A stretch of 64,000 bases of DNA. Source: Trichosphaerium sp. ATCC 40318. Taxonomy: Eukaryota > Protista > Tubulinea. The notes beneath the pieces were generated by a model that saw only the letters and a list, made by a program, of their open reading frames with translations, was not told the origin of the DNA and made no database searches. Made by a program: the position numbers and the translations under genes. This document shows, piece after piece, positions 28,549 to 44,762 of this stretch (the stretch's first letter is position 1; every line of letters starts with the position of its first letter). Location: contig JALMLS010000220.1 in the NCBI GenBank assembly GCA_038496445.1, positions 150,223 through 214,222 of the forward strand, given 5' to 3'.

Positions 28549-28856
28549 ATGCCTTCGCATAACATCCAATACTCTGAAAAATACTATGACGCCGAGTTTG
28601 AGTACAGGTACGATGTTGGCTACGTATTTACAAGCTAACTCCCGCCAGACACGTTATTTTACCTGACGAGATAGCAAAGATACTTCCACAGAACAGGCTA
28701 TTGTCTGAGAACGAGTGGAGACGTTTGGGAGTACAACAAAGTGTAGGTTGGGTCCACTATGCAGTTCACCGGCCTGAACCTCACATTCTACTATTTCGCA
28801 GACATTTGGGAGCTGCAGCCGCCAAAAAACAAGCGCCTACAAGGATGCGCTACTAG
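28549..28856 (+). CDS. CKS1: Cyclin-dependent kinase regulatory subunit (Cks1/Suc1)
   Basis: [15 protein letters not shown]|HVILP...[33 protein letters not shown]; one 41-nt intron; missed by the ORF track. Confidence 0.97.
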
Positions 28857-29165
28857 AAATGGCGAAATTTTACCTGACCGTTCATCCCATATTGTACATA
28901 TGTAAAACAAAACAACATAAAACACAACTACCGAACAAACGGCTAGTATTCGGAATTATTTTTAAAAGTTCGCGTTTAGATTGAGGCGTTTTTTTTTGTC
29001 TTTTTGGAAAGCGCTACGCCATAACAATGTACTTGCCGTGTAATGTGGCGTACTTTGGAAGAAATTATTTTCAAATTTTACGTAAAAAATCTTTTTTTCT
29101 GTTCAAACAACTTTGACTTTTGGAGTTCACCGATTTCCTTGTTTTTATCCATTCCTTACTTGTGA

Positions 29166-31600
<2,435 letters not shown>

Positions 31601-31859
31601 ATTTGGTTTTCAGCTGCTGTTCATTGAGATTAGTATTCAATTGTTTTTTTTACATCTTTTGCAATGTTTTTCTCTTTTTTTTTATATTCATTAAGATCGC
31701 AAACCTTTTTGCGTAAATGTATGAGAACTGAATAATAATAAAAACAATTGTAATTCCCTTTTTTGTTCAAGTACCTAAAACGTTGTTTACATGCCAATGG
31801 CATGACTTTGTCAGTATCTATCACGCTCTGAAGCGGTAAAAGGCTTTGTATATGTTAGT

Positions 31860-32045
31860 CATGTGATTTTCGAGTAGACACCTTACCAGCAGAGATATTA
31901 AAGCACTAACTGAGAGGCACAATATTCTACGGTATTCATTTATTATTGATGAGGGTATAAGCGTTGATGTGGCATATAATTAGGCCATGTGACATGACAG
32001 GTACTGGTGTTAATATGGCTGGTATTCATACAATTAGATTCTGAG
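31860..32045 (+). pseudogene. Eroded LRR relic of the F-box/LRR family
   Basis: Short pieces in different frames read IKALT, IIDEGIS and AGIHTIR, matching the family repeat consensus. Confidence 0.4.
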
Positions 32046-32115
32046 CCCTTTTTGTACACTTTTTCAACTATTTATTTTGTGTCTTGTACAAAAACAATTC
32101 ATAGGTAAGTTAAAG

Positions 32116-33314
32116 TCAAAAAGCAGGCCATTTGATTCTGTCCATTGTTTTGCATCCTAGAGATTCAATCATCTCCTTTGTTATTTGAGTACTTGAATAG
32201 TTAATGTAATCAAGACTTGTTAAATTAACAACACCATCATCAGTGATTGATGAACAGCCTTTTAAAGACATTTTCTTAACACCAATAAGACTGCTCACTC
32301 CTTTGTCTGTTATGTTTCGACATTTGCAGAGGCTAATGACTTTAACACCAACCAAGTATTGTAAGCCGTCATCTGTCACAGATGTACTGTCAAGAAAAAT
32401 AGTATGTACTCCAGCAAGTGCCTTTAAAGTACTATCATCAACACAATCAAGCTCTGAAATATCTATGACTTTTACACCTGCCAATAGTTTTATCCCATCA
32501 TTTGTTACTGATCTACAACCATACAAGTCAATCTGATGTACACCTGCCAAACATGACAGTGTGTCATCTTCCAGTTGTGAACAATTATACATATCTATAC
32601 AAGGTATACCAGCCAGTAGTTTTAACACATTGTTTGATATCTGAGAGCAACTGCCAAGATTAATTTTTCTGATTTTGTTTGTTGTTTGATTTTGTGTTAA
32701 CAGGTACTTTACTCCTTCATCTGTAATTTTGCTACATTCACTAAATGATATTGCGCTTGCATTTGTTAGTGATTTTACACTTTTATCTGTAATATCGCAT
32801 CCATCAAGCTGTATTTTGTGTACACTACCTGAAATAGCAATAACACCTTTATCAGTGATGTATTCACAATATGATAAATTAATAGTATGTACTCCAGAGA
32901 GTGCTTCAAGACCTGCATCCGTTACATCTATTGTTGAAATATCAATTGTATGAATGCTACCAGATAGATTTTTAAAGTCATCAGCCATTGGACTATGGAT
33001 AATAGTTATTTTGGTATTTTTTAAAAGAGGACTTCCGTTCAGCTTGAGTAGATTTTCTCTTGACCTGACATCCACCTTAAAATACCCCAAATGTTGTAAA
33101 ATGATTGTAGAAAAGAGTTTACAAACAAATGTTGCAGATATACGGCATTTCTTGCCCAAGAACGCCAGAATACAAAATATAATTTCCGTTGGCAGATACA
33201 GTAATTCTAATGGCCTACGAATACTCATATTAGTACTACAAAAAGAGGCTACTAATTTGAGCAACAAACAGCTTAATTTATGGCACACAAGACGTACTCT
33301 GAAGATTGAAGCAT
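32116..33314 (-). CDS. F-box/LRR protein, paralogue B (recent duplicate of A)
   Basis: Near-identical to 22194-23395 including the intron; diverges in the last repeats and C-terminus. Confidence 0.9.
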
Positions 33315-34167
33315 CGCTTTAGCTGCAAATGTTGCTCAAGGTCTGTCTGAATTATGTTCACACTGGAGTTGACCCAGATTGTCGCTAGGTCAAAACATAA
33401 ATGGTGTTTGTAGAAATCACGTGATTTCCGCCACACAAACAAAACCAAAACGGCTTTCATAGAATCGACAAAACTGTCAGGAATGGCTAAAAGCGTGCTG
33501 GAATGTGACAAATCTGACCGATCTTCTTCTTGTAAGTTCTGCTATTCATACATTTCTTGAATAAAATACCAGTTTGCATTTTGTAGATTTTTTCAATTAA
33601 CAGTGTTTGCGACGTATAATACCTTTTCTCATTCGTTTTTAGCTACCTATGATTTCTGTGGCTTGAATCTACTATTTACGCACCTGCTAAGGTAATGGCT
33701 AGACAGTGAGCTGACATAGAAAATTTGGTACACGACCTTATGTAAGCCATATTAAATTGACAGTTCAATCAGTCACAGTATAATAGGCCTAAAACTAATT
33801 TGTGGTATCCAAATAAGCGTACAGAGTACTTGTAAGGATCTACAGCGATATAGACATCAAGCGGAGGGCATTGTTTTTCTAATTAAACACATATTTCCTC
33901 AGAGTGTTTTGAAAGTATTGATTCTGCAGCTGATATGTCTGCCTCAAAGGCCTTTCAGCGCTTTACATCACAGGAACAATTGGCATAGAGGCTATTAACG
34001 CTTGAGCAGAATCCATTCTCTTGCTGTTTAACGACCCCATCCTTTAAAATGATGCTTTCTAAAGATACACTAAAACGCAAAAGAAATGTATAAAGAACTT
34101 GTGAAACTTTAAACTCTTAGTTGGTTTAAGCACGTGGGTTGTTTTGAAGAAGTTGAATGTTTTTTAT

Positions 34168-36093
34168 TTAACTTGCTTGTAGCACTTGAAATGATGGATA
34201 CATATCTGGCTTTGCAATAAACCCTGCTTTGTCCCATGTAGCTCCAGGTGCTAAAAATCATGAGTTTTTTAACACACAGTAAGGTTGATTACCGATAGAT
34301 TGCTTAATTGCCACTTGTAATTTTGTTGGCGTTTGCGACACAACTGTCATCTCCCAGCTCTTACTTACAGTAACTCCATATGCACCTACACAGATTCAGA
34401 ATCTCGACTTTTCTTTTTTTTTTTCGTACCTTTCCCGAAGTTGATGTCCATTGTAATTGAGTTTATTGTCTTTGACCCAATATTTTTTATTGCTAAGTAA
34501 TATGTTGCTCCTGAACTGAAGCATGACTGCTTTTCAACAGATACTGAAACACTACTGCACCCTATTGAAAACATAAAATCAGACTCGAAAAAACCAATAT
34601 TTTTTTGGCGGTACTCCAAAAAGTAAACTTACCTTGACACTCGCACCCACTGCCAGAGTACCCTGAATCGCACTCACAAACACCTCCATTGCATGTACCC
34701 TTATCATTACATCCTTGTGGGCACATTGATTGATCTCCAACACATTTTTCACTATCACGTGATTAGTTTTGATATTTTAGTTCATTCGCCTCAAATAAAA
34801 AAAAGAAAAGTCACGTGCCTTATAGAAAAATCTGTAAAGTATGCATGAACATCTTTTTGTGTTGCCCATGAAGGATCACCACCTCCAAAGAAAGTAGAAA
34901 AGAAAATACCATTGATTCCCAATCCAGGAATTGTACGCATTTTAAGACCACCTACAAGGGAAAAAATGGTTGGATTAGGCGTTACACGCACAAACTTGCT
35001 CAAAGTAGCTCAGAAGGCTTTGAGGAAATAACTTTTAAACATCCTTTGACGCTGGCTTTGGCGGGCGGTGAGAAGGAGTTTGCGGCTTTGTTTTTTTTCT
35101 TTTTTCTCTATTTAATTATTCGTACCAATGTCTGCTTTCTTAACGCCATCTACCCATACCTGAAATCCTCCATTGGATTCATTAGGATCGTTCAAGACTA
35201 CTTGTTGTTGGACTTGCTGCCATGTTCCTGGCTTGAACCAAAATAAACCTCTTCCCAACGATTGTCCATCTGAAGGATTACATACTGTCCAACACTATTG
35301 AGATATTGGTTACTATGAGTACGCTCAGATACAGATACTTACTTGATCGCATTGTGTTGAGTTTAGAGGTAGGATATAACCATAAACTTCACCTGTATGA
35401 GTGGTTAGAAGGACGAGAGTCACTAGACAAAAAACACCGCACCTGCGCCGTCAGTTCTGAACATGAATCGTGACGACCAACAATCATCTCCGGCGGGCTC
35501 CTTACCGCCACGGCATTTATTAAACTCTTCTCCTGGTGCTGTACCAAAGAATCCGGGTAACTTTCCGCCCTTGACGAAATCGAAGCCTTTTTCAAACATC
35601 AAGTAATAACTAAAGAAAGGTGTCAATTCTATCACGTTGTGGATTCATTTTCTTTTTGAACCTTAGGCATAGCGTTTTAGGATACGGCTTTATAGGTGAA
35701 GATACCCACTGTGTACCTCCCACAATATCACCGTGAGGGGCATAGCTACCTGTGAAGTGTTAGTAAAGTTAAACTTTTCGAAAGAAAAAGAGGTCACCTT
35801 TTGGATAAAGTACACGCAAAACTTGTCCGAATTTATTTAAAGGGTCGCTCACTATGGCTCTATTGGACTCTCCAAAACTTCCTATAATTGCTGTTAAGCT
35901 AAACCCGACGAGTATAAAAGAATTAGAGGTACCACTACTGCTTATATTCCAATGCTGCTCCCAGTTTCCCGTAAAATTGCCATTCCATATTTGTTGCGCG
36001 TTAGATACACCCAAAACGATAATGATGAACGCCAAATGCTATATGAAGTGTAAACGTAGCGAAAAACTTGCGTTAACGTACTATTTTGTGCAT
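34168..36093 (-). CDS. Secreted polysaccharide lyase family 14 protein with EGF-like repeat and C-terminal CBM49-like domain
   Basis: Signal peptide; LRVLYPKG, FDFVKGGKLPG, SSRFMFR and GIFFSTFFGG..SWA (PL14 motifs); CPQGCNDKGTCNGGVCECDSGYSGSGC (EGF); IKNIGSKTI...APG..GFI (CBM49-like). Confidence 0.85.
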
Positions 36094-37030
36094 TGTTGTC
36101 ACGTGCTAAAATAAGACAATCTTTTCAAAAAAGTACGCTAAGATTCGGTCAACAGGAGTATGTTTGAATCGTACGCTGGACAGGTTAGTACCTGTTCAAT
36201 CAAAGACAATGGGGCCAATAATGGTAATTAAAACAATGGGAGTCCGTGGTTTGCCAAATTGGCTGTTTGAAGTAACCTAACAAGGTTTGGCTGCAGCGTA
36301 AAAAATAGACTTCAACCGTACGGTAGACAACATTTCAAGACAGTAAAAATTGATAATTACAGCATAGGTTTGTACCCATTTTCTTTTTGGCCCTAAAACA
36401 GCCCAACATTTACGAACTTTTATTGTTTGCACTACAAACGCTTTCCTTGAATGCAAAAACGCGAAAACAAACGTTCCAGCAATGATTTAAAAACGTGAAG
36501 CGGTATTTTATGTACAGTAAAAGTTGAGCCGGCTTTATCACGTGGTAGATCACGTGAGGATGATTTTTAACAAAAAACAAAGAATAAAACTATAAAAAGA
36601 TGTAAAATCGAATACGTACGCTACTGTTTCGTTCCATAAAGGTCTATTAGTATTATCGATAACGCATGGGTCGCTATCCCCTGTAATGTCCATGTTGGGT
36701 AGATTCTCTGTAGCAAGAAGTAAGTTAAAAACTTAGTTCGTACGTCTTCGATAGGATTACACGTGTGTACCTGCAAACATTAACCTAACCCACACATGAT
36801 ACTCTCCTTTACTTGTCATATCGTTTTATAAACGTGTAACAGCTCAGAATGTGTAAATATAGTATGAAAAATAACTTTTTTTTGAAAAGCGTGGAACACA
36901 GATTGTAAAGAATTCCGATAACAGAATCTTAACCGATACTGCAGGCGTGTAAAAACTGATTTTCTTAGCAACTAGTGAATCTTATTTATGATGCTACCAA
37001 ATTCGAAATGTAGTCCAAAGCATAACTTTA

Positions 37031-38460
37031 TTAATAACTCTCAAAAAAACTTGGCCAGAAGCCCCCTGTTTCTACATCCTCTACTAGATTTTCAACCATC
37101 TCGTCTGTTATTTGGGTGTTACTATATTCAATTTGATGAAGGCCCTTTAAATTAACAATACCATCATTTGTGATTTGTGAGCACCCTCTTAGGTTAATTC
37201 TCTTAACACCAATAAGACTATTCACTCCTTTGTCAGTTATAAGCTTACAGTCACAAAGGCTTATGACTTTAACACCAACCAAGTATTGTAATCCTTTATC
37301 TGTCACAGATGAACCATTAATCAAAATTGTATGTACTCCAGCAAGCGCTTTTAAAGTACTATTGTCAACACAATCAATACCGAAAATATTTATGACTTTT
37401 ACACCTGCCAATTGTTTTAGCCCATCATTTGTTATAGATGTGCAATAACTCAAGTCAATGTGATGTACACCAACTAAACATGATAGAGTATCATCTTTTA
37501 GTTGTGTACAACCATACATCTCTATACATGGTATACCTGCCAACAGCTTTAGTGTATCGTTTGATATTTGAGTGCAGAAATCAAATTTAATATTTTTAAT
37601 CTTCTTTGTTGTTTGATTTCGTGTCAATAAATACTTTACTCCTTCATCTGTAATTTTCTTGCAGGCATTAAAAGCTATGAAACTTGCATTTGTTAGTGCT
37701 TTTAAACTTTTATCAGTAATATTACAATAAGAAAGCCGTATTTTATGGACATCACGTGAAATGGCAATAACACCTTTGTCAGTAATTCTGGAGCAATCAA
37801 ATAAATTAATAGTGTGGACTCCAGAAAGTATTGCCAATCCATTGTCTGTTATATTAGTCCCAGAAACATTTATTGTATGTATTTTACCAAGGTCTTGAAG
37901 CCATTCATCTTTTAAATACCCGTATGATATGTCTAGTGTATGAATACCACGTAGTGACTTAAGTCCATTATTATGTATTTCGAGCTTACGTGTATCATCA
38001 CGTATATGTAGTACAAGATTATGTACACCTGAAATATTGTTTAACATAGCATCTGTTAATAAGGTCTCCCCTTTTATTTCTAAGCAATGGACACCAGATA
38101 GGCATTTAAAGTTCATCTTAAATAAACAATTGTCAATCACAATTTTTGTGTTTTTTAACAGAGGACTTTTGGCCAGCGTTTGAAGATTTTTCCTTAATTT
38201 AACTTTGATCTGTTTGTACCCCAAATGCTGTAAAATGATTGTAGAAAACAGTTTACAAACAAATGTTGCAGATATACGGCAACGTTTACCCAATAGAGCC
38301 AGAATACAAAATAGAATTTCTGTCGGTAACCAAAGTAACTCTAATGGTCTTTAAAACACCAAATTAGCCAACACAATTATTTTATTTATGGTAAATTTAG
38401 CGATTTATAAGAGAACAAAGGTATAACGTACTCTGGTACATGTATTAGATTGTGATCCAT
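37031..38460 (-). CDS. F-box/LRR protein, paralogue C
   Basis: Exon 1 MDHNLIHVPE, intron, LLWLPTEILFCIL; same repeats as A/B plus extra N-terminal LRRs. Confidence 0.9.
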
Positions 38461-38869
38461 GCTCTCCTTTGTAAGTTCAGGCGTGTACTATTAGCGTAAG
38501 GGCTTTTAACTTAATTGACCTAATTGTAAGAAAATACAATCGTCGTAAACAAATTTCACGGTTACAAGAAAATAAATGGTACACGTGATGTTACGAAAAC
38601 AGTTTTAGATACATTTAAGTAGTTTAGCCCACCTGATTAACCAAACGATCTAGAAAAATTCAACAGTGTTTGATATGGTTCGCAAGAAACGTTTTAATTA
38701 AAAATAACTGTTTATTGTATTTCAGTTAACTTAAAATGAGGAGCTTTTCAGAGTTAAATTAAGTTCATGATGTCCGCCATTATGTCGGCTGAGCCAAAGC
38801 AGTTTTGTAATATAACGAGAGAACAGCGTGGAAAGCCAGTGCAGCCGTTAAGTATTGCTAAGAGCTGTT

Positions 38870-39140
38870 ATTTAAATGAGTCAATACACTACAGATTTAA
38901 GCAAGCTTCCAACTTGTTCACATCATCCACATTGCTTCATACAAAAGATAGGCACCAGTAGGTTTGCAATATCATGCGCATGCTTGTTTTACAGTCTCAA
39001 AGCGAAATTTGTTGCTAACTTGATAGCTGCAACTATCAATGACGCTTTGAAACTGTTGGCAGGTATAACTAGAAAGCTAAACTAGAGCTCACACATTGAT
39101 GCATATCTCAAAAGAGATAGTAGACGCTTGTGATAGTAAT
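38870..39140 (+). pseudogene. Eroded F-box/LRR fragment
   Basis: NDALKLLAGI at about 39038-39067 matches NDTLKLLAGI of paralogue C; surrounding frames are interrupted. Confidence 0.35.
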
Positions 39141-39229
39141 CAAAGGCTTGTGGTTTTATATGCGTGCTATTTGATAGACCTTCATAGTACTAATTAAAAA
39201 ATACAGAAAGTACATAACAAGTTTACTAT

Positions 39230-40230
39230 TTTACAACAAGTCAAGAGTATTTTGGCTTTCTCTGAGAGGTACAAATGTATCTCCAGCGTCAATTGTACTT
39301 TGACTGTTGAACCAAGAGTATCAAGCTCTACCATACTACTAGTTCCAGTACGCCTCTACAAGACCATAATCAGAAATAAACTAAAGAGCTGCAATAATAA
39401 ACTCTCTTACCCTGTCATTTATCATTTGATGCCTTAGGGCGTTAAACCAACCGCTGCCTCTAGATTCCATACCAGAGTCAAATAAATCAACACCATCATA
39501 TTTTTCTTGTCCAGTAGGTAACTCTTGATCTCTAGGACTTACAAAAACATGAGCAACGTTACAAAACACGTCCTCTTGTACCATAAAGTAGTCCTTCATC
39601 GGACTCATAGTCGTCGCCACTACTTGATTGGTTTAATACCTCACCTACTTGTTCAAATACTTCAGGTGTTACTTCTTTTACAACAATCACGCAAATGACT
39701 AGAGATAACCAATTAGAATAGCGAGTCAACAAACAAGTTTACAAAAAAACCCGTCGTACTTATTACAATGACGCATACGCCTAAGCCAAAGAAACAAAAC
39801 ATTATTATGATGCCATAGGTAAGAGCGCCCAGAATAAGCTACCACGGATAAGCAATGAGAAGAACGAAGACATGAAAAACAATTTTGTATGCGCACTCCT
39901 TCAGGTTCTTCAGTAGCAGCTTCAGAAGGTGGACTGTAAAAGTTACGTTAGTCAATACTATGTACTTAACATTTTTACCTTCTAGTAGGTGGTTCTGTTG
40001 TTGAATATGGCGCACCTGTAGGAGGAACAGTACAAAGCGGAGGTATTCTATTACCAACATATAATAGCGCTTTTGTAAACTTAAAGAAAAATGGACTTTG
40101 AAGACCGCAGCCTGGATATTGTAAGTGTCAACTTTATTGCACGTGACACAACCAAATGCAACATAATTTGTGCTTATTAGAGGTTCCACAGTTCTTGTTT
40201 TTAAGAGAATGGAATGGTGCACTTACAATC
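39230..40230 (-). CDS. Putative single-pass membrane protein with P/T stalk; 5' end unresolved
   Basis: Spliced pieces VPPTGAPYSTTEPPTRSPPSEAATEEPE, TM-like LILGALTYGIIIMFCFFGLGVCVIVI, and an acidic cytoplasmic tail. Confidence 0.45.
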
Positions 40231-40829
40231 TTGGCATTTGGCCAAGTTATTGTCCGTATCATTCAAGTTTGCTAATCTTTGCAACTTTTTGCTGTTTGTG
40301 ACTTTTGGTTTTCGTGTTTAGTCAGATCTGACAGATCTTGCAACTTCTGCTGGTTCTTACAGAACTGACAATTTTGCTAGAACTAGCATACCCAACGTTT
40401 TAAATGTGATTCACGTTATTGGAGGCTTGATGGGCGGAAAAATCATGAATACGTGATTTTAAAAAACCACAACAATATTGTTTGTACATTTTTACATCAC
40501 AATATCGCTTCCAGAGATACTGTGAGCGATTTTGGAACTAGTCTTTACAGTTTTTTCCCTTTGATACGGCTTGACGCTTGGCGCTAGCGCGTGGCGGCGT
40601 AGTACGTTAGCCAACAAATAACAAGTAATACAGTCACGTGACTGGTAGTCTAATAAATAATGATGAAAAAGTTTGCAAGTGCTTACAATGGAGTCAAGCT
40701 GTACAACAAACCATTTCTAGTACTCATGATTAACCATTTGCAAACGTGTCAAGTACTAAAAGAGAACTTTTTGCGCTGTTTTGTACACAGTTAAGTAGTT
40801 GTAGAATTGGCTTAGTACTTACGTAAAAC

Positions 40830-42517
40830 ATGGCAGAACCACGAAAAATAAACCATATTGAGGTTAGGAATAGATGTGGAGGCGAAGCTATGAAATGGTT
40901 TGCTGATGAATCCAAGTTTAAAGTTTTTTACACAGACGCATCTAAATCACTTCAACAACAAGTTGTAAATGCTTTTGGCGTTCTTTCAGCTTCAACGAAA
41001 ACAGACCCAGAGTTAAACGCAAAAAAATTGATTGATCCTGATCCATGGGCCGTCTATGCACCTATACACTATAGTCATCGTACTGTAGACTGTTATTCTT
41101 GGGTATGTTAAACGAATTAACGCAAACGAAGGGCCAACTGGTTGTATGTAACTATTAACGGCGTAACGCTTGTTTTAGGTGCCGTGCGAGTTTACAATTG
41201 ACACTAAAAGTATGAGAGTTTGTAAAATATCACACATAGAAGGTATAAGCACTGTACAAAACGTACGTTGTTTCAGTTAAAGCTGGTGCTTGTAAAAAAC
41301 CGTTAAAACCGTTTTTTTTATGGGCAACAGTAAAAAAAAGTTCTTCTCTTCAATACATTGTCTTCGCTTACAGTGCGTCCCTTTTGAGATTTTTCTTTTC
41401 AAACTCACACGGGAGATGAGCGGTCATAGCTTTAAGGACGTTGAGCTTCATGATACTTTTTTTTGTTTTCTGTTTGGACCAAACTAATTCACTTTAGGCT
41501 GATGTGTATGCTGCTATCGCTGCTGCGTTTACTGAGATGATACCACAATTCCAAAGTGCTAATGTCATACCTGAGATACAAGGTCACTCAAGTCTTTTTA
41601 TTTTAGCTTGCAGTACTAACTCGACATAAGATTGTGAGTACATTACACTTCAGGTTATAGTGAAAGCCAAGTCATACAGTATGCCTGCAAATCACGTGCG
41701 TTGTCAAAGAGTTTTTTTCGTAATTTTATTTCTTCACGTGGCTAACACGTGATACTTTAGTCTTATGAAGGGTTCTGGCATGTGGAAGGAACACAAACAG
41801 ACAATATTAAAGGTGTTGGTCTGTATTACTATAATGTCTCATCTAATATTCAAGACTGCGCTTTACGGTTTCGGTATGTTATTCAGTCTCACTTGTTAAC
41901 TAACTAAGATATTCAGGCCGCGTATGGTATCGTATTATTTTGTAGACCCTGTTTATCAAACTAGTGATGACGGTATTGTTACCATAAAAGAAGGCACATG
42001 CATCGCTTTCTCTAATGAAGAATTTGCACACAAGGTGAGTTACGTGCTTTTTTTTGTGTTGTTTTTCGCCCCGTATATTTATTGTATGGCTTAGGCATCT
42101 CTTATGAAGAATGTGAGTTCAACAGAAACGGCAGATAGAGCATATTTAGCGTTCTTTATAATAGATTCAGAAAAACCACAAAAAGATACAACCACATCGC
42201 TTGGACACAGGTCGACAATGTACCATGCTAGATTTCTTTCTCGTCTGTTAGGTACTACTATACAGGTCTAGCACCAATTTATTTATCTAAAGGGTTATCT
42301 AGGATTACCCCTGTTGGTGACATACAGGATATGCGAGTTTGCAAATCTTGGGACAAGCGCTGACTCCAAGAACGATGCTTTAAAATTTTTATCTACAAAG
42401 CGTTCTGAAACAAAAACGAATGTTCTCCAATATTCAGGCGAGAATGCAAGTCCTGGTATGAAAGAAGGTTGGATGGCACGTGATGGAGGTGTTATGACAT
42501 TTTGCTTTTGCTATTAA
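40830..42517 (+). CDS. DUF4246-family protein
   Basis: LQVIVKA, YEGFWHVEG..DNIKGVGLYYY, EGTCIAFSN..FAHK and RAYLAFFIID follow the DUF4246 motif order as I recall it. Confidence 0.72.
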
Positions 42518-42897
42518 TTAACAAATATAATCGTAATGTAATGATAATAAAGATCACAGCTGTACATAGTTTAGAAGCATGAAATGCCTTAAGTTTTTGA
42601 CACGTGTCTCGAACTGACAATCATTATTCCAGAATTAGTATCTAAGTTAGCTAAGGATTATCCAAGATACTCTATCTAGCAGGTAGAAAAGAAGCAATAC
42701 AGCTGAAAAGGAAAAAAGTGCAGAAGAGTCAGCGAGACTAGTTTAGATTTCACAAAGCTTGTCTAGGTAGAAAGTTACAAGTATGGCAAATGCAACCATG
42801 TGTCTTTTTTGATATCATGTGGTCTTATGAGAACAATACAGTAAAATGTTCTCACTTCCGTTTTTTATTTGTATATTTTACAGAAAGTGTTTTTTAC

Positions 42898-44477
42898 CTA
42901 TGCGTCTCCGAAATGTAATCTTTCAAAAAATCTTGACATAACCTTGGAAAAAAATAAGAATGAAAACAAAACAACAAAACATGTGAGAAGTCTTTTTCGT
43001 TACTAAAAACCAAGGTTTATATGAATGTACCTGGAACATTACAAGCAAAATTCCGCCACCAGGTCCTAGCCTTAGTACTTTTGCAAGGTATCCCTTGTAC
43101 AAAGCACGTGCACCTTCCTCCGATGCAACCTTATAGAGGCCAGGAAGAACCCATCTATACGCTGGTTTTCCTTGTTTCACCAGAGCATCTTGGTTCTGTA
43201 TACGTGTTTTTACAACATCAAAAGGTGTATTACATGTTGTACCAGCACTGTAACAAAAGTTTGAGTTGTGGGAATCGCCATAAAAAAAAGAGTACTGAAA
43301 ACAAGTAAGCGTACACGCCAGCAACAAAGCCTGCACAAAAGTCACGAAATAGGAGCTTGGATCTAGAAGAATCCTATACGATTTTTATGGTAAGTAATTC
43401 AGGGTTTCTGAATAAGCAACGTACATCAGGGAGTTTAAATATGGTTGTCTTAAGAAGATGAATAGTGAAAAAGTATGCTCCATTCCAAACACCATTCCTC
43501 CAAAGTGTAGCCTCTAGTCCTTTATAGAAAGCAAATGGACCTTCTTCTGTTAATATCTTGTATGCAGCAACACCAGAGTTCGTGTATTTAGCTTGCTAAG
43601 AAAAATATAAGATGATTGAGCTTAAACTTCTTAAAAATACAAATTGTTGAAAACAACTCTGACAAACTGTCAAGTTCTAACTTCTTTTTACAGTTAAAGT
43701 AGTACTATTTTTGCATACAATTATAAACCGTAACGTCTTTCACGCTAGCGCGAAAAAAAAGCAAAAATGAGTGATTAGAACTGTAAGAAAAAAGAAAGAA
43801 AAACAATTGTCTGAAAACGTTTAAAAAATCATTTTGTCTTTTTCTTCTTCTGTACGTTTTCTTTCGCTTGCATGCGGACTTTTACTAGTTCGAACGGAAC
43901 AATGACAAGCGATTCAGTCATACCTGCACCAGTACCTGCAGCTAGAGCACCAAGAAGAGATAATTTTCCGTTTTTGTCCTAAAAACAGCTTTAGCTTGTT
44001 TGATTTTGATCAAAAGGAGAAATAATATGCCGTACGGAGAACATTGGTTGGTAGGTAGAGTTTGCAGCGAATTTTAGAGCGCGTTTAGGTGCTTCTTGTA
44101 GAATAGGCGGAACAATTCCGCGGTACAACTTTATGGCGCCTTCTTCTTTGATTATAGAGCGAAATACGGTCAATAGGCTTGGGTTGCCAGGGTTGAGTTG
44201 TTGACGCGTTTTTGTAATGTCCAGTGGATACATGATACAGCATTCGATTACGCCTTTGTGTTGTAAGTTTTAGCGCATATGAAGTGTTTAAGAGATATTT
44301 AGCGAGAATGAGCGTAATTTAGCGTAAATTAATAAAACACGATTATACTAGCGATCTTTGGACTGTGTTGGTGTTATTTGATCACTTTTTGTAGAAAACA
44401 TTACCTGCTCCACCACCGGCTAATAGCCTGTAGCCAAAAGGTAATGTGCGCTTCTCTTTATTATTCGTTGTACTCAT
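42898..44477 (-). CDS. Mitochondrial carrier, 2-oxodicarboxylate (ODC/SLC25A21) type
   Basis: Three carrier repeats: YPLDITKTRQQ, VPFELVKVRMQ, TPFDVVKTRIQ; EAPKRALKF, RNGVWNGAYF, RLGPGGGILL. Confidence 0.92.
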
Positions 44478-44762
44478 ATGGCCTGTTTTTATAAACTGGG
44501 AATGTACAACAGAAAATCAATTAAGTTGCCATTCTGCAACTTAACACTGGTACTAAGCTGCTAAAATAATGACATGACAAGCAACACGCATTCACAATAC
44601 TAGTTGACTGTAGTGTATTGCAACTCTTCTTGAACGAATTGACATTGGACATGGATTGGCGCACTTTTGTGAACTATCACTGTCACTTTATTCCACACGT
44701 TTCATTGATACTATAAAATTTTTTATTGTTATTGTGTTGACCAATATCAAACCAATGAGGTT

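Noticed and set aside
36100-37020. Long intergenic stretch examined for tRNA, snRNA or other ncRNA (58510-59460 was also examined)
   Set aside because: No tRNA cloverleaf or recognisable snRNA motif by eye; an Infernal scan would be needed.
39770-40460. Plus-strand reading with apparent in-frame TGA/TAG, suggesting stop-codon reassignment
   Set aside because: The minus strand explains most of it as a membrane protein gene, and TAA, TAG and TGA all terminate well-supported gene models here (CKS1 and DLD end in TAG).
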